From NCBI GenBank assembly GCA_020536535.1, contig JAHLWZ010000877.1:1-63105 (forward strand): 63,105 nucleotides of DNA. Reading direction: 5' to 3'. A program made the position numbers and the translations under genes. Shown piece after piece: positions 55,108 through 63,105 of this stretch. This DNA comes from Pelomyxa schiedti. Taxonomy: Eukaryota; Protista; Evosea. The notes under the pieces are model-generated. The model saw only the letters and a program-made list of their open reading frames with translations, was not told where the DNA came from and ran no database searches. How positions within the stretch are numbered: position 1 is the first letter of the stretch; every line of letters starts with the position of its first letter.

Positions 55108-58100
55108 TCAAAACTGTGAATTTTTACTGGGAGGCTGTTAGTTATGGTAAAGAGGCAAGAATGGGCACACCAAAATATCGCCGGGTTGTGGTTCTGGGGC
55201 AACCTGGGCTGGATTCAAAAGTCGCCGCAAAAAGCCGCATCTCCTTTTGTGCTTTGGTTTTGCCTTCCTTGGTTTGTACACAGGCACGGGAATAAAAGTG
55301 GAAAGCAACCCTGTTGTTAGTTAGGGGAAAAGTGAAAAGGGAAAAATAAGAAATACCTAAAGGAATAGTAACCACAGCCACTATTAGACAAGTTGCCCAC
55401 TGAACGCCGTTAAGGCCAGGCATTGGTGCCACTCCCATCCACTGCCCAGCAAAACACACTATGATGGTTTGCATGACAACAGTAATAACGAGGATTGCAA
55501 GGAAAAGCCAGTTGGTCCATATTTTAGACCACACATTCCATTCTTCCAAGAAGTGAGCAATGGAACTTTGAAGTGGGAAAATACCGTTATTGACTTTCCT
55601 GCAGTTGATTTCATTGAAAACCTGGCAAAAAACGAAGGCGTTGAATATTATGGTTTGTAGGACATCAGTTTGTTTTTGTATCTCGAAGTCAAAGGCCAGA
55701 TGCTGATCTGGATTGGAAGGACATATTGTGTATTCAGAGAGGTCGATATCTTGTGCATTATCTTTAAGTATGTTAATGGATGTAAACATGGAAGGTAGTG
55801 TCGTACCAACACAGCAGGAGGTAGTTAGTGCTGGACTCAAGGGATCGTTCAACGGCGCATAAGCGCAAGGGACTTTCAAAAAGGGAATATATCTACCACA
55901 GTACAGTAACAGTAACAGAACAAAAATCTATTTGCGTTAGAACAAACTTTGCTCCTGGCAAAGAAACCTGATAAGTAGCGTGAATTATCATTCCCCTAAT
56001 CATAAAGTTTGATATTAGTCTGTCATATCTCCCGAATCTAAGGTGATATTGGTGATCTTAATTTGGGAAATGAAAAAAGTTACGGTTTCCTCTCGAGTAG
56101 TTTTTGGGTGGGCTTTTCAGTTCCCAAGGCGAGAGCGGCCATTGTATCCATTATCATGTTGACCCACAACAGTTGAATAGCCTTCAATGGCGCACCCTAA
56201 TCAACATTAGTGTGAGCCAAACTGTGTGTGTGACAAGACTGTACCCGCTCTGTGATTGCACCAATTACAACAATGGTTAGAGCAACCTTTCATTAATGTA
56301 AGGAAAGTAATGGTTTTGGATCGCTGTGTAACTCACAATATTGACAGTAAGTTGGAATTGAAGGAACTTGCGGATATTATCGTATACACTGCGACCCCAC
56401 ATCACAGCTTTCACAATAGACTTGAAATTATCATCCAATATTACGATGTCTAAAATATGGTAAAAAGAGGATGTTTTCAAGGCAAAGAATACCTGAGGCC
56501 TGTTTTGTAATATCTGTTCCCCGTAGTCCCATGGCTAGCCCCACATCTGCCTCTTTGAGTGCTTGTACATCATTTGCACCATCTCCTGTTACAGCTACAA
56601 CTTCACCATTTTCTATCAACCTATGTTGTGCTAAGAGATTCTTTCAATAAATTGGGTTTTTACCTCTGCACTAGTCTACGTTTATCAGACGGGGCACAGC
56701 GGGCGATTACTTGAAGTCGAGGAAGTAGTTGATCCACTTGTGGATCAGAGAGGTCAGAAAATGTGGGACCTTCTATGGCTTCCCCCCCAGGTTTGAGGAT
56801 GTGGCACTGCTCAGCAATGCGTTTGGCAGTCTCGATACCTTGATTTTTAAATATGAATTGCAGAACAAAAAAAAGTCGCTATACTGTCTCCAGTGACCAT
56901 TCTAACAGTGATTCCCGCATTCTGGCAGTCCAGAACAGCTTGAGGCACTTCAAGGCGTACAGGGTCCTTATTGGAATTAAGTTGAACCAAGGATAGTCAG
57001 TGGTCACACATGTATTCCCACGATCCCATAAAGGGTTAAATTGAAATCAGGAGACTGGGAAAATATTGCTTTTCCTGTGTCACTATCAACAACAATGGGT
57101 ATATCTTGCAAATTGTCATAGATCAACTCCTCCTTAAGTGATTGAGAATGTCAAGTATTTTACATTGGAGATGTACATCTCTACACGAACTTCTCAACGA
57201 CCTATTTGATCCCTGTGATTTGACAGAGTCACGCAGTGATTTAGGTGTTGACGCTCGAAGCTCAGGTACACCACGTGACACCTTCAGATCTTGCTGCATG
57301 GGCTTTGCTCCAATGGAAGATGGTGGTGGGATATCAGAAAACGCCAGACATAGTGTCCTCAGGCCTCGGTGGGCATAGTTCTCAATAAGAGCTGCTAGGT
57401 TACCTCTAAGACTCTCAGAGATGGCTGTTGATTTTCCATCTAGATTCAATACATGGGTGGTTCGTTTTAGTAGAAGTTCTGGTGCACCCTGAAGGAATGT
57501 TGATCAGTGAGTGTGCCAAATTGAAATTGCTCTACCTTGACATGGTTTCTGAGGTACGTGCGGGCACCATCCCAAACAAGTGTAGACATTTTCTTCCTAG
57601 ATGAAGAAAAGGAAAATCTCTGGTAGATATCGTTGGAGTGACTCTGTCTTACGTCATTGTAATCAATTCCTTGAGTAGCTAAGAAAAGGAGGAGGGCACA
57701 TTCAGTCCTGTTGCCAATAGTTTCCTAAATGTCCGATTAGTCTGGGTGATAGCTAAGAATGTACCGGTGGACGGCCGTCTTCACGTTTTATCTGTGTGCT
57801 TGAAGCAGAATTGAGTGAAATTCCTTCTGAGACTACATTAAGTACGTCTTGACCGAAACCAACTGTGGTGACAGGTGCCTCTATAAACTCTTTCCCAGCT
57901 ATCCATCCCTTTTATAGGGGAAAAGGTGTTTGGTTCAAAAAATAACGTAAAGAAAAAACCTGGACAACGGTCATGCAATTTTCTGTAAGTGTTCCAGTTT
58001 TGTCAGAGCAAATATCTTAGGGAAGTTAGGTTTTATTCTTTTTTTTCAGGGAGGGTTGAGCAGTAGGGTTTTACTTGTGCAATTTGACATTGTTTCACAA

Positions 58101-59965
58101 GCCTTGAGATGGCGGACAAGGTTCTTCTGTTTGTACATCTGCTTAATTGAGTAGGCAAGAGATATAGTCACAGCAAGCGGTAGACCCTCTGGTACTGCAA
58201 CAACCTTTTGAATTGGAAGGTGGGTTCGTGATTAATCTTTTTTTTTCCACCATACGACTATAGTTATGGAGATAACAACAAAGTTGACTATTTCTACAGC
58301 GTTCTTCCAGTTGTATCCAACACACTCATACAGTGAAGTGTCGTATTGAGTTATATTAGAGGGTGCTTCAATACAGTTGTCTGTCTTGTACACCCATTTG
58401 CAGTCGTACCTATAGAAGTATTCTGAGTGTTGGACAACCTCTGTGACTTTGGCACACATTAAAGCTGGAATCAACCACCAAAAAAAGAGTACTAAAAACA
58501 CCAGTGTTGCTACAGACATCCCAAATTTCCCAATTACTGGTATGTGTGAATGTGTAAGTCGATAGGGACTCCAATAGTACATGTAGCAAGGGCATCCAAG
58601 TTTTCTTGTAGTGGGGTGTCCTTCTTATCTTCTTCTAAACAAGCCATTGTTTTCCCCCACTCTGTGAATAAGCCAACACAACAGGCCAACATAGTGCCAC
58701 TTCCATCAGTTACCTTTTTTTGTTGTTAGGGTCTTCATGATTCCTTCATATCTCCACCTTGCAACCAGACAGCATAAATGGCTCAGACGAGCTCTTTCTT
58801 ACTGGAAGAGACTCCCCCGTGACTTGACTCTCATCCAGTTTCAAATCTGGAACAGAATGAGTTTTCTACCGATATAAGTATACGCACCAAACCCTTGAAT
58901 GTACAATCCATCAGCTGGAACTTCATCTCCTGTGTCAAGCACAACAACATCACCCACCTGTAATTCTGCAAAGGGAATTTGTACCTGATGTTCCTGTAAG
59001 GAAAAAACCTCCCAGAAGAGTGAAGTGGCTACCATTTCCCCAGCTTTCAACACCTTGACTATTCTTGTTCCTTTTTCCTTCTTTGACAGAGCTCGGAATT
59101 TTAGCTCTTTTGAATAGTTATTGATTGCAGTAACAAGACTGGCAACAAGAACTGCTAATAAAATAGCTGCTCCTTCTATCCAACCTGCAAAACGTGTGAA
59201 TAAAGCAGATGAAGGAAAAAAAGAAATGTACCAGCTTGTCTTTCATCAATTTTTGCCTCATTGACAACTGTTTGGTTGTAGCAATGGTCATTAACATGAA
59301 AATCTATTGTTAGTGTTAGACCCGCTTCATTCCACTCAGGTACCTGGTATTGCCAGACCCAAAATCAAAGATACCAAGGCAGCAATAATTAAAATGATAA
59401 TGGTGGCATCCTTAATTGTTTCAAACCATAAGGACAGAAAGTTCCTGTGTGGAGGCTCTGGGAACACATTGGCACCAAAGCTGTTGGAGTTCAGTCAGTT
59501 GAAAAAAAAGAACAGAAAAGAAAAGAGCCAACAAAAGTGGAGGGAAAAACCACTCAACTGTGAAGTTCTTAGTGCTTCCAGTTGTGGGTCATCAGCTCTG
59601 CCCTGTGTGATGCTTGTATGAAGTTGTGATGCAACTCCAGCCACCCCACGCCATTCACTTAACCGCTTTTTGTCCCTTTTGTTTGAAAAAAAAAAAGAAA
59701 AAGTTACCAAATAACAGGGGCAATTTGGTTTTTTAGGTCATGTTATATGTTCAATAGTGGCTATTTAAAAATCCAACATGTGTCTTCACACCCATAAGTG
59801 TGAGAGTACGTACTTGGTTTTAAGCATCTGCTGGAGTGAAATCGGTTCAACTGCGAATGACATGTCGTGTTCCCCTGGCGGGTTGTCAACCACGACTTCG
59901 GGGGTTGGCGCCGGCGTGGGTTGTTTCGTCGTCGTAGTCGTAGTCGCGCTCGCGCTCGTCATCAT
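55108..59965 (-). CDS. P2B-type (PMCA-like) Ca2+-transporting ATPase
   Basis: [137 protein letters not shown]. Confidence 0.95.
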
Positions 59966-60290
59966 CTCCCTCGCGCCCCAATCAATGCTCTCAGTCCCAA
60001 TCCCAGAGTTCAACCGAATCGGTTTTTTTTCGGGTTTCGTGCCGTCGTTTGGCTTGGGGGTCGTTGCGTTGCTGGCGACAAAAAAAAAAAAACACGAGAC
60101 CGACCAACGGCGCTTGCTGGCGAAATTGGTCCCCCTTGAGATGAAGCCCTGTTGGTTTGATCTTTTGTTTTTGGTTGGTTGTTTGCCAGAATCCTCCTTT
60201 TGGCGAAAAGAACAACGAACAGCTTTCCGAAAAGTTCACACATCACAAAGAAAAAAATCGACTTGTTGTTTATAAACAAGGAAAAATTCG

Positions 60291-62978
60291 TCAGGGTTGC
60301 TGTTCGATGCGCGGTCTCTTTTGCTCAGGGTCGAGTGCAGTTGCTGTTTCTCTTTGGGAATAATTGAGTTGGTTGGTTATTTGTTTATTATGCTTGTGTT
60401 GTATTGGGTGTTTGTGGGGAAGGAAAGGAAGTAGAAGAAAAAAAAACCTGTCACTGGAAGAAGGTTGTTCTGACTTAGCACTGGATGAGATTGAATCGGG
60501 GGGTGTCACTGAAGTGCTGCAACAAGTGTAAACAACAAATTGTGAAGAGGTGTTATCGGCGATCAGTGACAGACACCCTTTGCCAAATCGTCTTGACTGT
60601 GTTGTGGAGTTGTGTGGTTTGTGTTGTGCGAGTTGTGGGAACCCCTTTTTTGTTTGTTTGTTTTGGTTTTGTGTTTGTGGTTTACCCTCCCCACCCTTCC
60701 CTCCCCACACTCTATATAGGATGGGAATGATGTACCATTCTGGATGAGCCCGCTTTCTACTTTCTTGCTCGTCTGATGGTTTATTGGCTCCCTCTGGGGG
60801 TGTTTCTTTGTCTGGGGATCTGTGGTGGTGTCTGTGTGTATGAGAGCCACTGGATTCAGGTGCATCCTTAGGTGTTTTACTGTGCCGGTGATGATGGTGA
60901 TGTTTCTTGGGTGTTGCTTCAGACAAACTTTCATTATTCAAGGGTGGTGCTACAACGTGCTCAGCTGCCGTCTGTGGCAGGTCACTACCAGCAGAAACAG
61001 TGGGCTCTGTCAGCAGTTAAAAGATGGAGGATTTAGTGAGAGTTGAACCGTTTGATGTGTCGGTGGATTTCTCCAAAGCATTGCTACCTCCAGTGGTGTG
61101 ACATTTTTGTACATTAGCAGTATCATCACTTTTCTTGTCTTTTCCTTTATCCAAGTTTTCTCTTTCTTGGTCTCGATCGCGATCTCGGTCCCTGTCCCTG
61201 TCCCGATCCCGGTCTCGGTCTCTGTCACTGTGTCTACCTCTGCCCCGGTCTCTGTCCCTATCCCTGTCCTGGTCTCTGTGTCGGTCCCTCTCCCCATCTC
61301 TTTCCCTTTCTCTTGTTCTTCCTTTTTCCCTTTCACGTTCTCTTTCTCTGTCCCTGTCCCGGTCCCGGTCCCTATCCCGTTCGCGTTCACGTTCACGTTC
61401 CTTATCTCTGTCACTACTTCTATCCCTGTTTTTGTCTCGATTTCTATCTCTCTCTCTATCTCGGTGACGGTCTTCATCTCTCTCTTTCTCTCTAGTTTTA
61501 TCTTTGTCCCGGTCACTATCTCTATCTCTATCTCTAAGTCGGTCTCTGTCTCTAGGTCTCTCCCTACTTCGGCTCCTTGGAGATTTTTCCTCTGTTGAAG
61601 TTGGTTACTGATAAGAAGAGAGAAGGTCTACCGTTAATTTCTACACCAAGTTTCCTGTTTATTGCCTTGAGGGCAGCCTGGACAGCTTCTTTTGTTTCGC
61701 GTTCTTTCCTTGGATCGGGCGGTTTAACAATAGGTTTAATGATTGGGGTCTTTGAATGCTTGACTCTGAAGAAAATAAGTGTGATAAAAGGGCACACAGT
61801 GTAATACTTAATAGGCCTGTCTATTAGTGTTGTTCCATTAAGCAAGACAGCCGCATTAGCTGCAGCAGCATTCTCGAACTCAATGAAGGCAAACCGAGCA
61901 GGGTGTGCATCATCACCAGCCATTCTACAGAAGCCAACTGGTCCACAGGCCTGTCATAGTGAGTTGTTATGTTGGTTAGAAATGACATTGGGTGGTTAAG
62001 TTGTGATTAGTGTTCATTGATTTGAAGTTTTCTTCTGCACGGTGTTGCAGATTAATTATATTCAGGAGATCTTTTTGACAAAATTCACTTTTAAGTGAGG
62101 AAATATTTTGAGTATGTGAAGGAGAGGAACCCGAAAGAAAGTAATGAGTTGCTCAGTGGTTATCTGGGATATATTATTAGAACTCATTTGTAGGAAATCT
62201 GAATGGAACCTTTCCATTGATGTTTCCTACGTAAATAGTGCGTGAAACTTCATCTGCATTTTGCATGTAGCCACTAAGTCCTGGCTAATCAAATGCATTA
62301 CTATTTGGGGGCAGGGAATACAAACAAATGTAAACAGGTAACCACTTCCTCTCAATATAAAGAGGAAAGGCAATAACCCCACCCACCCTTCCCATCAATT
62401 CCCATCCCCACTGTCACGTGCTCCATTTTTTTGTTTTTAAAAGAATACACTTGCATGTAACTCGAAATACCTTTTGAGTTGCCATGGCCTTTTGATCTTC
62501 ATCCTGAGACTCCACCAAGGAACTCCCACCTAACATGCCCAAGGCAAGGCGCTGTTGCTGATGTTGCTGCAGGGCAGCGACCAGTGGGTTGCCCGCAGCC
62601 GCGGCAGCCGCGGCGACAGCAGCAGCGGCTAGATGGCGAATTAGACAACGCTTAGCAGAAATGATTACCGATGGCAGGAGTGCTGGGTATAACAACAGGA
62701 GCTCCCAGTAGAGTGCTAGTAGGGGCAGAAGGTGGTGAGAGACCAAAAGCTGAGGCATTTGAAAATCTAGAAGTCAAGTTACTTGCGCCAGGCCCAACTT
62801 GGGGTTAAAAGAGAGAGAGAGAGAAGAGAAGAGAAGAGAAAGCTCTCGCACCCTTCTGCAAGAGATACAGAAATTGATTTGCCAAGCAACTGGGTGCCAT
62901 TGAGCAACAATGCAGTAGAAGCGTGCTGGGGTTGCTCGAACAACACCAGATACTGCTTAGCGTCGACAGTAGGGTTGA
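60291..62978 (-). CDS. SRSF11/SREK1-like SR splicing factor (two RRMs, RD/RE/RS-rich tail); 5' end missing from window
   Basis: RRM2 SRTIYVGNI..TTEQLITFF..CGPVGFCRMAGDDAHPARFAFIEF..LNGTTLIDRPIKVKHSKTPIIKP matches the SRSF11/SREK1 pattern; partial RRM1 LVLFEQPQHASTALLLNGTQLLGKSISV; RD/RE repeats at about 61150-61570. Confidence 0.85.
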
Positions 62979-63030
62979 AGCTGCGGTTAGGCGGTTAAAA
63001 AGGACGCAGGGCGAGAAAACTGGGTTATGG

Positions 63031-63105
63031 GAGACCGGGGCAGAGGTAGACACAGTGACAGAGACCGAGACCGGGATCGGGACAGGGACAGGGACCGAGA
63101 TCGCG
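63031..63105. repeat. 75-bp exact inverted copy of 61178-61252 at the window end
   Basis: The reverse complement of 63031-63105 equals cgcgatctcggtccctgtcc...ctctgccccggtctc at 61178-61252. Confidence 0.92.

Noticed and set aside
61010-61598. Plus-strand RS/SL-rich and alternative-frame ORFs
   Set aside because: These are shadows of the minus-strand RD/RE repeat region of the SR protein.

Overview
Compact, intron-dense eukaryotic DNA from a protist. Introns are mostly about 30-100 nt with very degenerate GT donors and frequent AAG acceptors, and intergenic gaps are often 80-400 bp. Gene content and style suggest an archamoeba such as Pelomyxa (inference only). About 24 genes can be built by hand-splicing: an atypical MAPK-like kinase, a PIWI-clade Argonaute, a Rab2-like GTPase, an ankyrin/coiled-coil protein, two small acidic paralogues, a giant SPRY-like/TRAF-zinc-finger protein, KIF6, an NCOA5-like RRM protein, SBDS, a lineage-specific family gene, an ankyrin pseudogene, a Q-rich FCS/MYM-finger protein, two tandem Rab11s, an LRR protein, a bZIP, an SMPDL3-like phosphodiesterase, a Sel1-repeat protein, an EamA transporter, a MYND protein, a PHO80-type cyclin, NOC3, a PMCA Ca2+-ATPase and an SRSF11/SREK1-like SR protein. 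The standout feature is at 8093-8954 inside the ankyrin gene. This apparent 860-nt gap resolves into 11 consecutive phase-0 micro-exons (eight single-codon 3-nt exons and three 6-nt exons) separated by 12 AG-depleted mini-introns. They encode the beta-hairpin loop between two ankyrin repeats almost one residue at a time, making it a candidate splice-based loop-diversification system. Gene models are manual and unverified by RNA data.
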